Below the pieces are notes generated by a model. It saw only the letters and a program-made list of their open reading frames with translations, was not told where the DNA came from and made no database searches. Positions 39,457 through 52,493 of a stretch of DNA of 64,000 nt are shown piece by piece. The stretch lies in assembly GCA_951406725.2 (NCBI GenBank), contig OX597817.1, positions 76,880,001-76,944,000 of the forward strand, read 5' to 3'. Numbering within the stretch: position 1 is the first letter of the stretch; each line of letters begins with the position of its first letter. Source of the stretch: Octopus vulgaris (Eukaryota). The position numbers and the translations under genes were made by a program.

Positions 39457-42437
39457 ATTTTTGATTTTTTTTTTTGATTTTCCAGTTTCAGATCATGAGC
39501 TGTGGCCATGCTGGGGCACCGCCATTTGGTTTGCTACATGATTTTACCTCACGAATGCTTTTTAGCAACTGCCATTTGGTGCATGAGAGAGTTCGATGCA
39601 GCTGCCCTCATCTGCACCTCCTGCCGTGAAGTTGGTTCATCCGGGACACCTGACAGGAAGAGATCCAGTCCTACTTTAAAGACATCCGCATCTACACCAT
39701 GCAGGTCCCTCAGGTTCTTCGGGAGGATATTGAAGAGCTGTGGGCCTCTGAAGCCCAGGCTATCACAATATCTTGTCCTACATCTTGATGGCAAATTTGG
39801 AGTCCTTGGTACCACGCAGTGGCGCCCGGTTCTGGCATTTGTGTGACTCCCGATGCCAAAGTTTGGGACAAGTCCTTCCAGGATCTTCCAGATATATATT
39901 ATGGCATATCTTTCTCGCCTACATTCCAAGGAATAGAGTCTTAATCTCTTGAGTCTTTCCCAGTAGCTTATATGCTGCACAGAGGCTATCTTCTTCGTGT
40001 AGCTTCGTTGGATCGCCTCAAGTTCTGTGATCAACTTGACACTGGATGGTGACCATAGCTGAGAGCAATAGTCAAAGTGGCTTAGGACAAGTGTCTTCCA
40101 GAGGACCATCATGGTTTCTTGTTCTCTTGTTATAAAGGTTCTAAGAATCCATCCAGCCAGCCGTCTACATTTCATTGCCAGTTTAGCAACATGTACATGA
40201 AAGGTTGCGTCATCACTCATGTGAATACCCAGGTCACGCACTGATTGTGCCTCTGGGATTGCAATCTCTCCGGGTCCAGTGTATTCATTGGGTATTGCAT
40301 TCAGTTTTGCATGCTGATAGCATAAAGCTTGAAACTTTTCAGCATTGAACTGCATGCTATTCTTTTCAGCCCACTTGTATATTTTGTCCAGCTCACATTG
40401 TAGGTGCTTAGTGTCTTCAGGGTTCTGTATTGCCTGTGAAACTTTTGTATCATCTGCATAACTTGTGATCGTGGCTCTCTGCGTGGCTGAGGGCATGTCT
40501 GAGAGGGCCATTATGAACAGTAGTGGTCCCAAAACAGTGCCCTGCAGAACACCGCTCACTATTTGCGCGTTAATGGTGGCTACTACCACCTGACTTCTAT
40601 CCTTCAGAAAGTCATGAAGCCATTCTCCCAATTTTCCAACTATGCCAAGATCACGCAGTTTGTGACATATCATTCCATGATCGACTTTATCAAAGGCCTT
40701 TGCAAAGTCGAGATATATCACTTCCACATTTGAGTGGTTGAGCAGTCGTTTCAGCACCCAGTCATAGTGTTGTAGGAGCTGAATTAAGCAGCTTCTTCCT
40801 GGTCGGAAACCATGTTGGGTGTCAGGCAGCAAGTCATTTTCTTCAAGGAAGGTGATTAGTTTCCTTCTGACTATTCGTTCCATGACCTTGCTGATGTGTG
40901 AGGTCAGAGAGATAGGTCTGTAGTTCTTGGCCTCCGCCCTGCTACCTCCTTTATGAATAGGGCATATTTTACCTTCCTTCAGTTTTCTTGGAAGTTTGCC
41001 AGTTGCAAGGAAGCTCTGAAAGAGAGACTGCAGTGGTAATGCTAGGACTCTCTTACATACTTTTAGAAGGATTGCCGGGAATCCATCGGGGCCAGTAGCT
41101 GAGTTTGTTTTCATCTCATCTATAGCCTTTATTACATCGTCTTCCTTTATATTGCTGTAATCAATCATCGCCGCCTCTAACCCCATATCTGCAGTGGTGA
41201 AGAAGTCAGTTGGATTGCTGATTTGGAAATGCCCAAGGGGTGGGGGTGAAAACACTCTTGAATTGCTCATTTAGTATTTCACTTACCCTCATTGGATTTC
41301 CTGTGAGTGTGCCATCCCTTTCAAGGAGTGGCCCTATCCTACAGTGCACCGTAGCTGTTTCTTTGGCATACCTGTAGAAAGCTCTGGGGTTAGATTTTAT
41401 GTTGTCTATAGCCCAGGCTTCTTTGTCTGCTCTTTCCTTTTCATGGGAGAGTTGCAGACATTTTTCAATTTCCAACAGTTTCATTTTCAGGCGGGACTTT
41501 TCACTGCTTTCAATTTGTTTGTTTAGGTGATTTGAGATTTTTGTACGCCGTCTCATCAGAATTTTTCTCTCTCTGGGGATTTTGTTCTTGTGTACAGTGG
41601 CCTTTCTCTCTGGGACACATTTGTAGTATATGGCTTGCATTACAGACATGAATTGTTGAAGTTTCATGTCGATGTCTGGCGAGGAGAGACATTCAGGCCA
41701 GTTTTGTTTGAGGATCTCTTTCTCAATTTGTTTCCAGTTTGCCTTATTGAAGTTCAAGCTGGAAAGATTCTGAGAGTTTCTTGTAGGCTGCATGTCCATG
41801 CTTTCCTTTGGCCCGTACATGGTCAGCTCTAACATGTTGTGATCCGAGAGTAGTGTCGGTGTCACTTTCACATTATGGATGAGATCCATATTATTTGTGA
41901 AGCAGAGATCCAGTGTGTTACCTGCCCTGGTTGGTTGGAATATTACCTGCTCCATGTACAGGGTGTTGATGAGGTTCAGGAGGGACCTCGCCTGTCCTCG
42001 TTCACATCGTGTCATTCCTGGGAGAGAAAGGCCCTCGGGCCATCTGACATTGGGTAGATTGAAGTCTCCCATGAGAAGTACACTTATGTGTTGTTCTAGT
42101 GTGACTAGAACTTCTATTTTTATAAGGCAGTCTTCAAACTTGCTCATATGGCTTGGGGCATCTGGAGGGCGATATGTAGTACACATACAACTACACCAAG
42201 TTGCCTTACATGTACAATTAGTGTGTCACACACCGAGTTTGAGTATGACAAAAGGACCTGGGGTGTGAAGTCCTCACGGATGTACATAGCAACTCCTCCA
42301 TGACTCCTTTCTTTTCTGTCGGTCCGTAGTACAACATACTGTGGTATGTGTAATTCCGCATCCGCTATGTTCGGTTTCAGGTGTGTTTCCGTAAGTGCTA
42401 TGCATAAGGCTTGATTGCATGCAACAAAGTCTCTCAA
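39454..42437 (-). mobile_element. 5'-truncated CR1-group LINE (APE endonuclease and RT), frameshifted
   Basis: APE motifs: ALTETHL, GGVAMY, YRPP, MGDFNLP, SDH. RT motifs: GPDG, NYRPISLT, QHGFR, YLDFAKAFD, QGTVLGP, YADD. Frameshifts near 42186 and 41240. Short (AAAATC)-like 3' tail. Confidence 0.93.
39549..41270 (-). CDS. LINE ORF2 reverse transcriptase segment (573 aa open frame, part of a broken ORF2)
   Basis: RT motifs including YADD. It continues the 41206-42186 endonuclease segment across a frameshift. Confidence 0.8.
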   Translation of the reverse strand: MSNSRVFSPPPLGHFQISNPTDFFTTADMGLEAAMIDYSNIKEDDVIKAIDEMKTNSATGPDGFPAILLKVCKRVLALPLQSLFQSFLATGKLPRKLKEGKICPIHKGGSRAEAKNYRPISLTSHISKVMERIVRRKLITFLEENDLLPDTQHGFRPGRSCLIQLLQHYDWVLKRLLNHSNVEVIYLDFAKAFDKVDHGMICHKLRDLGIVGKLGEWLHDFLKDRSQVVVATINAQIVSGVLQGTVLGPLLFIMALSDMPSATQRATITSYADDTKVSQAIQNPEDTKHLQCELDKIYKWAEKNSMQFNAEKFQALCYQHAKLNAIPNEYTGPGEIAIPEAQSVRDLGIHMSDDATFHVHVAKLAMKCRRLAGWILRTFITREQETMMVLWKTLVLSHFDYCSQLWSPSSVKLITELEAIQRSYTKKIASVQHISYWERLKRLRLYSLECRRERYAIIYIWKILEGLVPNFGIGSHTNARTGRHCVVPRTPNLPSRCRTRYCDSLGFRGPQLFNILPKNLRDLHGVDADVFKVGLDLFLSGVPDEPTSRQEVQMRAAASNSLMHQMAVAKKHS

Positions 42438-42550
42438 GAGAAACCAGAAACAACATAATTTAATGAGAAAAGTCAGCACGTTATTATTTGACCGTTATTA
42501 TTTCTGCACGTTCATTGACCGGAGAAGTCCTTCAAAGTGATCAGAGACAT
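42438..42550. repeat. 113-bp perfect inverted duplicate of 44339-44451
   Basis: gagaaaccagaaacaacataatt...tgatcagagacat is the reverse complement of atgtctctgatca...tttctggtttctc. Confidence 0.9.
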
Positions 42551-42569
42551 CTAATGACAAATTTATATT

Positions 42570-42626
<57 letters not shown>

Positions 42627-43474
42627 TTGTGTGTTTTTATATATATATATGTATATATATATGTATATATATATATGTATACATGTATATATATATACAC
42701 ACACACAAACACATATAAATATATATACACAAACATATATGTATACATCTATATGTCTGTGTGTACACATAAAGATATAGGCATATATATGTGCACATAC
42801 ACAAACAATAACACATATACGTGTGTATAAAAGAGCGAATGAGAGATAGAGAATGGGGTGGGGATAGACGACAACCAGTGTTCCTAGTTGTATGTGAGTT
42901 TGTTTTGTAAAGTTATAAAACATGAAAGAAGGCTTTTTCCCAGATATTATTAAAAATGTATTGCTCATACCTCAAGAATGCCTTTTGTTAAAATGTCTTA
43001 ATATGCAAATTGATTTCTTTGAGCGAATACTATATTTTCAAGGTGGTCTGCAATTTCGATGTCAAGTAATTGTGATTTTATATATAAATCGCCAACAGAT
43101 CCGTGTCTGCACTGACAATTGCCAGCCAAAGCACAGGGCGCGGCAAAAAATCCCCTTGAGATTTACCAGTCTTGATAAATGTTTTGATAGTAAACGCAAC
43201 TGTATATACCGGTTCAAACTATAACATCAACTAAAAATAAAAAAAAAAGAAAGAAGACACCATTATTAGTTGCCTAAATTCAGGAGTTTCACATCAATCG
43301 CCGTGTGAAGTAAGGGAGATTTTTTCTACCGCGCTCTGCATTATACACCGAAATGGAAAAACGTTTCATCCACCCTATTCCCACTGTTATATAATTGTTT
43401 ATTGTTTTAATGATCTAATCTCATTTTACATACTAATTACTTAGCAGGCTATTACATACAACTGCTCACGTGTT

Positions 43475-43505
<31 letters not shown>

Positions 43506-44635
43506 ACACACATATATACGTACATACATTGCAAATCCAGTACTCAAGATACTCTTTGTGATTTATACCTATTATTACTTGAGCAACAAGATAGATACCA
43601 ACCCGTCTGAACTTAGGACCTTGGGGAGAGAATGAAAATCTCTAATTTATATGCTACACATGATCCCGATATCTGGGACTATAAAAATCTGCAAGGCCTT
43701 AAGATTTAAAAGCTGGTGGTTAAAACAAGGTACTTTCTTTCATAACCCTTCTATTAAGTAGGTGGCCGGTCAAAATTTCCTCTAAAATTAAAGAGAAAAA
43801 GAACATAACCGCGCGCGCCCACATGCACACACATACACATGCACGCACACACGCACATATACATGCATACATACATACATACATACTGAGATATGTAACG
43901 CACTGCCTAAATACCAAACTTGAGAAATTAGACTTCTCAAAACCAGAAAGAAGTAAGCTGATTCCAAAACTACAGATCAAAGCCATCACTGGAACTGTAA
44001 AAATCTGTAAAAGTTTTCAGAAGTTTGTCACTTAAGTATGTATGACCATGTCTGACACATAAAACAAAACAAACAAATCTGCACTTATACATACGTACAT
44101 ACATACATACATACATACATACATACATACATACATACATTCATACATACATACATGCATACATACATACATACACACATACATACATACATACATACAT
44201 ACATACATACATACATACATACATACAAAAATACCTTGTTGATGTTTATGTGGTATGTGTGCGCGCGCGTCTGTGTGTATGTAAGGCACATATCTATAAG
44301 ATACATGTAAATTTACTTTCAATCGATTCAGATATTATATGTCTCTGATCACTTTGAAGGACTTCTCCGGTCAATGAACGTGCAGAAATAATAACGGTCA
44401 AATAATAACGTGCTGACTTTTCTCATTAAATTATGTTGTTTCTGGTTTCTCCGCATCCAAAGGTGCGAATATCCATATTTTAATCACCGACAGAGCATTT
44501 ATATTATAATGACGTGTACATATTTCTCATGAAACATCGTTAGGAACATAGATAATCGTAAAGCGAAATTAGTGGGAGAGTATCTGACTGAAATATAATA
44601 TTTCAATAATGTTTAGTTTTAAAACCTCTGTGATC

Positions 44636-45112
44636 TAGTTAGTTAGTTAAGTTAGTTAATTTTTTGGCTCAAAAAGCAAAAAGCAAGGCCATGTAGGGGG
44701 ACATGGAGTTATGTACAGGGTGGTGTTCATGTAAAGAGTTCAGGCCACTTGAGGTCAAGGGAGACTTTGAACCGAGCGGTCGTCAGCATCTTCACCATCT
44801 CGTCTGGCAGCTTATTCCACGGTTCCGCAACCCGGACGGAGAAAGCCCCTTTCCTTTGATTGAGATGAAATCGTCGCAGATAGAGCTTTTCGGAATGACC
44901 CCGCAGCCGACGCTCTGGAGCAGGAGTGAAGAACAGCTCTTTCGAGAGGTTACACTTTCCGCTTATGATGTTGTAAGCAAGAATGAGATCTCCACGGTGT
45001 CGTCGTTTTTGTAGAGAATAAAGGTTGAGCGTCTTCAGCCTTTCTTCATAAGATAAATTCTTGAGACCAAGAACAATGCGGGTAGCCAGCTTCTGGACTC
45101 TTTCTAAGTTCA
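44636..45112 (-). mobile_element. 3' fragment of a second CR1-group LINE with (AACT)n tail
   Basis: LERVQKLATRIVLGLKNLSYEERLKTLNLYSLQKRRHRGDLI...LRGH...FSVRV; tail agttagttag. Confidence 0.88.
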
Positions 45113-45169
45113 ACTTCCACTTGTGTTTAACTTAGATCTGTTGGAGAATTTTAAAATAATGCTAAATAA

Positions 45170-45500
45170 TAATCAGGTACAATGCCTGAAAATTTAGAGT
45201 AAGGTGACTGGTCGATTACATTGACTCCAGTGATCAACTGGCATTTGTCTTATAGTTCCCAAAAGGATAAAAAGCGAAGTAGACCTCTGGAGTATTTCAA
45301 CTCAGAACGTAAAGTGTTAAGAAATGCTGTTGGGCATTTTGTTCGGTGTGCTAACGATTCTGCCAGGTTGCCGCCGCATGTTAAGCAATAATCTTTTCTA
45401 CTCTGGGTACAGGGCCCGAAATTTTTGGGGGAGGGGGCCAGTCGATTAGATCGACCCCAGTATGCAACTAGTACTTATTTTATCGACTCCGAAAGGATGT
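45170..45500 (-). mobile_element. Two SINE family C copies
   Basis: Family C motifs. Confidence 0.7.
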
Positions 45501-46585
45501 TATATGATAATCAGTCATGTACTGACAGCATGATTGAAGGTTATAACAATAGGACAAAATTTATCGTGTTTACTCTCAACCGAAGTTAGGCCCTATAACC
45601 TCACTACCTCCTCCAGGTCCAATAGAAAAATGTTCGCTTTGCGATGAAGCGCTTCATGTTTTGATTCTCACAGCATGATACTTTCTTTGTAATATCTTCT
45701 ACTATAACTTCGAATCAAACCAAGCCTTATGAATGAAATTAGGTAGATGGAAAGCGAACATAAACTCCTGTCAAATAGCCTATATCTAATGAGTTCTGTT
45801 TTCACTTGCCACTCCTAATTAATTTTTGATTTCAGTTAAATAACATAGACAACAATGTATATAGCAAATTTTTATTATTATTTTTTCTTTTGCGTCTCTG
45901 GCTAGTAAGTGTTATTTCATTTTTGCTTCTATCTAGAAATCAAAGGAAATGACTACTATTCCTTTCAAACTATGTTTTTGTAACATGGACATCAATGTTT
46001 TGAAACTGACCTATTTTCCATTACATTTTAGACAGATTCAGCGCTGAATTGCTGAAGCAGAAATATTGTTATAGCAAATATTCTGCTCAATGTCACAGAT
46101 TTGCTTGTCAGTTGCTTGACTTTAACCACTTGTGACTAACAATATGCGCATTTCTAATCATGAGCAGGACAGTGGAAGAGCATCATAGCCATGTGTTGAG
46201 AGAGATTCTTTTGGGTTTGAATAAATATGACAAAAGCCAAACTTGAAGGAAATATTAGCCATTTTCTTACTTTCTAGTAGTAAGCAAATAAATGACAGCT
46301 GTTACGCCAGGACAAAAGTCGTGTTACAGAGTGTAATGACTGCCATCACTTGACTAAATAGTAGATGCTGAGAGGGATATAATCAGATGAATATATGTCT
46401 ATTTATCTGCAAATTTGTGAAAACATGCTTATCTGTTTCTAATGAGTTTAGTGTAGCAATGCGCAACTTTTTCAATATGGTTGTCCACAGACTTTATCAG
46501 GAAATCTTTACGGACTACCAAATGAAAATTTTCTTTTAATTGTATTATGCAACAATACAGTATGAAATAAATAAACTGAATTAAG

Positions 46586-47454
46586 ATATCGATCGTGTAA
46601 TACATATGGTGTATCAAATTTACTTATCAAAATGAGCGATAGGACGAGAACAATAAAATTGCAGTTAGGAATGGAGTATCGAACATTTCGTTCAAAGTCC
46701 TTCCTCAGAGTAAATATGACCGGTGAGAAATAAAAGAGTTTTATTTCCTTTCTGTTTCCTCTCTGTTTGGATTTTAGACTGTCCTGCAAAAAAATTAGTA
46801 TCTTCGGTTTCATGAAATACGCTGCGGAACACTGAATCATTTGTATGATATATCACATCTAAAGTACAGAGTAGTGTAGCTTGCTTTGATTTTTGATAAG
46901 GCTATAACGGAGACAGCGAGAGAGTGAGAGAGGAGAAAGGGAGAGCTAATGAGTGAGAGAGAGAGATAGACAGACCAGACATGCACACGCACACGCACAC
47001 ACACACACACACAGACTGAAAAGATACTCGAAAACCAATTAATTCTTATTGCAATTTGAAATATTGCTCTAAGTATGTTGTTGTTGCGCGAAAGAGCAAA
47101 TGTGACATAGAGCCGACTCTTAATACTGATGAAGACAGATTCAGCGCTGAATTGCAGAAGCAGAAATATTGTTATAGCTTATATTCTGCTCAATGTCACA
47201 AATTTGCTTGTCTGTTGCTTGACCTTAACCACTTGAGCATGTTCCTTAGTGACTGACAACACGCGCATTTCTAATCATGAGCAGGACAGTGGAAGAGCAT
47301 CATAGCCATGTGTTGAGAGGGATATATATGTGAAAGTCTCTGAGGAAGGACTTTGAACGAAATGTTCGATACTCCATTTCCAACTGCAATTTTACTGTAC
47401 TCGTATAATCGCTCATTTTGATAAGTAAATTTGATACATCACATGTATTACACG

Positions 47455-47462
<8 letters not shown>
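46586..47462. repeat. Inverted duplication of about 125 bp (46586-46710 and 47338-47462) with degenerate hammerhead core
   Basis: CTGAGGA-AGGACTTTGAAC-GAAA-TGT-TC at 47340. The right copy runs into (TA)n. Confidence 0.8.
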
Positions 47463-47499
<37 letters not shown>

Positions 47500-48619
47500 A
47501 AAAGCGGATGAAGAGATAAAAACCTTCTCCTCGATAAGACGCTAGTTAGACGATGGTAAGTGTCAACGTTTTCCGAGAGAGACTACAATGGAACTCAGCA
47601 CTGCTTGGCGGCAACGAAATAATAGCGTAGCTGCTGCTTAGAATAATGAGCTATTGTCACGTCTGTAACAGCTTAATCGGTAGATGCAAAATGGCTGTTT
47701 ACCATCGGTAAGACCAAATCAACACTTTGGCCTTTGTATATGACGCCAGTGGATAAAGCTGTGGCGGTAATGTTTATAGACTCATGGTGAGAACATTATA
47801 TGAATTCGATAGTCGTGATGGTAGATATAGGTCTGTCTGAGTAAGGAATGATGTTAAAGTCTCTTGCAATTTATGAGTGATGTAGTGATCGTGATTCTGG
47901 AGTTGGTGAGTGACACCAGTCATAGTTCTTTAACTGCGGTTAACAGTGCTGATGATGGCTGGCGGGGATGGCGGATGTAATTAAGGTTTTAGCAGAGGGG
48001 TGGGGGTGAAATGGTGGAGGGGAAGTTACACATTTCTCATGCCAACGTGTGATCGAAATTGCAGTGGTAATGGTTTGGTGGCGATAATTCTGTTGTCAAT
48101 GATGATGATGACGACGACGATGACGAAGATGATGACGATGACGATGATGATGACGTCGTCGGTGATGACGGTAATTATGATGATGATGAGGGCGGAGACT
48201 ATGATGATGGTGTTAGCGACGGGGTTGTGATTAATTATAATTAAGGGTATTTAATTATAAATAATTTGGTAATTAGTTTGCAGGTTTAGTTTGATTTGCA
48301 GCCGATGGTGATAAGAACAATAGTGTTTATCACAACAATTAGCAACATTTGTGTCGTTGTTTTATTGTTGTTGCTTTTGTTGTCGTTGTTTTTGTTTTTG
48401 TTTTTGTTGTTGCTGTTGCTGCCAACGGTGGACTAACTTTGTCAGCAATTGTATTGGTGGTGTGAAATGTCGCTTCTACCGGCGCATGCACTATAGTTGA
48501 TGTCATAACATTCAACTAATTTGCGGTGGTTGCTGAGAACACAAACACATACATACAAACTCAATCAGAAATACAAAAGCATATACATTAATACACATAT
48601 GCACAAATATACACACAAA

Positions 48620-48676
<57 letters not shown>

Positions 48677-48846
48677 ATATGTACATATATTCATACGTAT
48701 ATAATATATGTGCATATAAATGCATACCTGTCCATATACTCACATAGAATGACAAATATTCACATGGATGTCTCGCATGCTTACTCTCACAAGCAATGAT
48801 TTTCGCATCGAATAGGTAACACAAGAATATACTACACGCACACACA

Positions 48847-48912
<66 letters not shown>

Positions 48913-49231
48913 CACAGAGGCACAAACAATTAGTTTATCTATCAGTAACAAACATACTAACATAAATAAAAGCGCGCAGATTTATCCACACATCACACAA
49001 ATCCGCAGAGAAATACATAACTAAGAAGGTAGATAAACACACACATACACACACACACTCTGAATCTCCCCGAGAACTACTTTAAGGATACACATAACTG
49101 TGGAGTGCTCGGCTACCTGCACGTTAATTTCATGAGCAAGCTGTTCCATTGATCGGATCAACTGAAACCCCCGTCGTCGAAACCGACGGAGTGCCACATA
49201 ACATAATGTATATCAAATAGTAATAACAATA

Positions 49232-50162
49232 ACCTTTCTACTATAAGCACAAGGACTGGAATTTTGTGGGAAGGTGCTAGTCGATTACATCGACCCAGTA
49301 ATCAACTGGTACTTATTCTATCGACTACGAAGTATGAAAGTTAAGTTGACCTTGGCGAAATTTGAACAGAGAACGTGAAACCGGACGCAATACCGCTCGG
49401 CATTTCGCCTGGTGTGCTAACGGTTCTGCCAGCTTGTCGCCTTAATGCAATAGTAAAGATCGTTTCTACTTAAGGTACAAAGCCTGAAATTTCGGGGAAG
49501 GGGACTAGTTGATTACATCAATCCCAGCGTTTATTGGTAGTTATTTTATCTTTTTCTACTCTAGGCACAATGCCCAAAATTTTTGGGGAGAAGGCCAGTC
49601 GATTAGATCGACTCCAGTACGCAACTGGTACTTAATTTATCGACTCCGAAAGGATGAAAGGCAAAGTCGATCTCGGCGGAATTTGAACACAGAAAGTAGA
49701 CAGACGAAATACAGTTGAGCATTTCGCCCGGCATGCTAACGTTTCTTATTTCTTTATTGCCCACAAGAGGCTAAACGTAGAGGGGATAAACAAGTACAGG
49801 CAAAGGGATTAAGTCGACTACATCGACCCCAGTGCGTAACTGGTACTTAATTTATCGACCCCGAAAGGATGAAAGGCAAAGTCGAACTCGGCGGAATTTG
49901 AACTCAGAACGTAAAGACAGACGAAATGCCTACTTCTTTACTACCCACAAGGAGCTAAACACAGAGAAGATAAACAAGGACAGACAAACGGATTAAGTCG
50001 ATTATATCGACCCCAGTGCGTAACTGGTACTTATTTAATCGACCCTGAAAGGATGAAAGGCAAAGTCGACCTCGGCGGAATTTGAACTCAGAACGTAGCA
50101 GCAGACGAAATACGGCTACGCATTTCGTCCGGCGTGCTAACGTTTCTGCCAGCTCACCGCCT
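49232..50162 (-). mobile_element. Head-to-tail array of about 5 SINE family C copies
   Basis: Repeated gaaaggatgaaaggcaaagtcga.ctcggcggaatttgaac. Confidence 0.85.
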
Positions 50163-50174
50163 TAATGTAATAAC

Positions 50175-50272
<98 letters not shown>

Positions 50273-50273
<1 letters not shown>

Positions 50274-52402
50274 TGATGATCTTAGAAGATTGTCACAAAC
50301 GACACAAAAACTTATCAATAGCCTGGATAGACTATAAAAAGGCTTTTGATAGCCTACCACATAGCTGGATTAGGAAATGCCTTGAAATGTATAAGATAGC
50401 ACCAACTCTGCGAAACTTCTTGACTGTAAGTATAAGATCATGGAGAACCACACTAACTCTGAACAGTGACAGTGAATCCCTAAATGCTGGTGATGTAAAA
50501 ATTTCGTGTGGCATTTTCCAGGGTGACTCACTGTCACCACTCCTCTTTTGTTTATCCTTAATACCTCTCTCAAAGCTGCTCAATGACGCGCAGTACGGGT
50601 ATAAAATGTTTGATAAAAATATAAATCATCTCGTTTACATGGATGATTTAAAGCTTTTGCAAAAAATGATCAACAACTCAAGGGCTTACTAGCGATAGTC
50701 AAACAATTCAGTGACGACATCAGAATGCAATTCGGCCTCGATAAATGTGCAAAGGCTACCTTTATCAAAGGAAAAATGACAGAAACATCTAACGTTAACC
50801 TTGACCAACAGAATGTCATAAAAGAACTAGACCCAGCGGAGAGCTACAAGTACCTAGGGGTAATTGAAGGGAACGGAATAAGGCATTCAGAGATGAAGGA
50901 AAGGATCAGGAGAGAATGCTATCGAAGAGTGAGAGCAATACTCAAGACAGAGCTGAATGCAAGAAACAGGATCGAAGCAATCAATGCATTAGCTATACCA
51001 ATCGTGACTTACAGTTTCAATATTGTTAACTGGTCAATTACTGAAATATGTCAGCTCGACAGAAAAATAAGGAAACTGTTGACAATGCATAGAATGCACC
51101 ACCCTAAGGCAGATACAGAAAGACTCTATCTGCCAAGAAAAGAGGGAGGCCGTGGTCTTTTGCAACTGGCAATAACAATGAAGATTGCTACAATTGGCCT
51201 AGACACCTACCTGAAAAACTCTGAGGACTGGATGTTAAAACTTGTCTCAAAACATGAAAACAAGAAAGCATCATACTCAGTCACAAAACAGGCAAAGGAA
51301 TATCTAAGTGAATTCCGAATACAACCAATTTCGGAATTAGAGATAGATATACAAGAAACAAGCACAGAAAAAGCTAGGCGCATGAAAACCCGTGCCAAAA
51401 CTGCGGCCTTAGATATTCTGAATAATAAATGGCAAGAAAAACCTCTCTATGGCAAATACCCAAAGAGAGCGAATAATGCAGATATCGACAAAGCCCTGAC
51501 CTATCAATGGCTAATGGCCTCTGGCTTAAAATCTGAAACAGAGGGGTTTATCATAACAGCTCAAGATCAATGCCTACCAACAAGAAACTACCAGGCCAAC
51601 ATATTAAAGATCAGAAGCAGTCCAACGTGTCGTGTATGCAAGCAACAAAATGAAACCATTGACCATGTGGTCTCCAAGTGCAGTCTTCTAGCGCCTACAG
51701 AGTATCTCAACAGGCACGATAGAGCTGCACAATATATTCACTGGGTAATCTGTAAAAACCTGGATTTGCCCCATGAAAAAAACTGGTGGGAACACAAACC
51801 ACCCCCAGTGCTTGAAAATGACCACATCTCACTCCTCTGGAACTTCACCATTCAAACTGACAGGAAGATAGATGCAAATAGGCCAGACATCATATTGAAA
51901 GACTTCAAACAAAGAACATGCCTCCTCATTGATATGACTGTCCCAATCGATATAAACGTATCTGTCAAGACCTACCAAAAACTGAGCAAATATAAAGATC
52001 TTGAAATAGAAATCAGCAAAATGTGGAAGCTGAAGACTAAAACAATACCTGTTGTCATAGGTGCCCTGGGAATGATAGCAAAAGGGGCTGATAGCTACCT
52101 AACTCAGATACCAGGAAACCCAAAAATGGCAGAAGTTCAAAAGATAGTGCTCATGGGAACTGCTCATATCCTACGCAAAATACTCTCTATGTAATCTCAA
52201 GGTTTAAAACAAACATAATTTTCGGTTTAAAAAAAAAAAAAAACTTTTTTTTTAGACATTCATTAGTACAACATCCCCACCCCCCAAATATATGGCACAC
52301 TAGGCATAACAACAACATGAACTTCCAACCCTGTTGTCTCTTGAGGTCTCTGGGTGAGACTTGGAGCCAACTTGTACAAATATAAAGCAAAAGTCAAACA
52401 TA

Positions 52403-52403
<1 letters not shown>
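50273..52403 (+). mobile_element. 5'-truncated Dong/R4-like non-LTR retrotransposon inserted in (TAA)n
   Basis: RT: IDYKKAFDS, GIFQGDSLSP, YMDD, YKYLG. CCHC: CRVC..IDHVVSKC. Also RHD and REL RPDII..DMTV..K..KY. (TAA)n on both flanks. Confidence 0.93.
50725..52194 (+). CDS. C-terminal RT thumb, zinc knuckle and restriction-like endonuclease (489 aa open frame)
   Basis: Continues 50273-50692 after a single frameshift just past YMDDLKL. Confidence 0.82.
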   Translation: MQFGLDKCAKATFIKGKMTETSNVNLDQQNVIKELDPAESYKYLGVIEGNGIRHSEMKERIRRECYRRVRAILKTELNARNRIEAINALAIPIVTYSFNIVNWSITEICQLDRKIRKLLTMHRMHHPKADTERLYLPRKEGGRGLLQLAITMKIATIGLDTYLKNSEDWMLKLVSKHENKKASYSVTKQAKEYLSEFRIQPISELEIDIQETSTEKARRMKTRAKTAALDILNNKWQEKPLYGKYPKRANNADIDKALTYQWLMASGLKSETEGFIITAQDQCLPTRNYQANILKIRSSPTCRVCKQQNETIDHVVSKCSLLAPTEYLNRHDRAAQYIHWVICKNLDLPHEKNWWEHKPPPVLENDHISLLWNFTIQTDRKIDANRPDIILKDFKQRTCLLIDMTVPIDINVSVKTYQKLSKYKDLEIEISKMWKLKTKTIPVVIGALGMIAKGADSYLTQIPGNPKMAEVQKIVLMGTAHILRKILSM

Positions 52404-52491
<88 letters not shown>

Positions 52492-52493
<2 letters not shown>

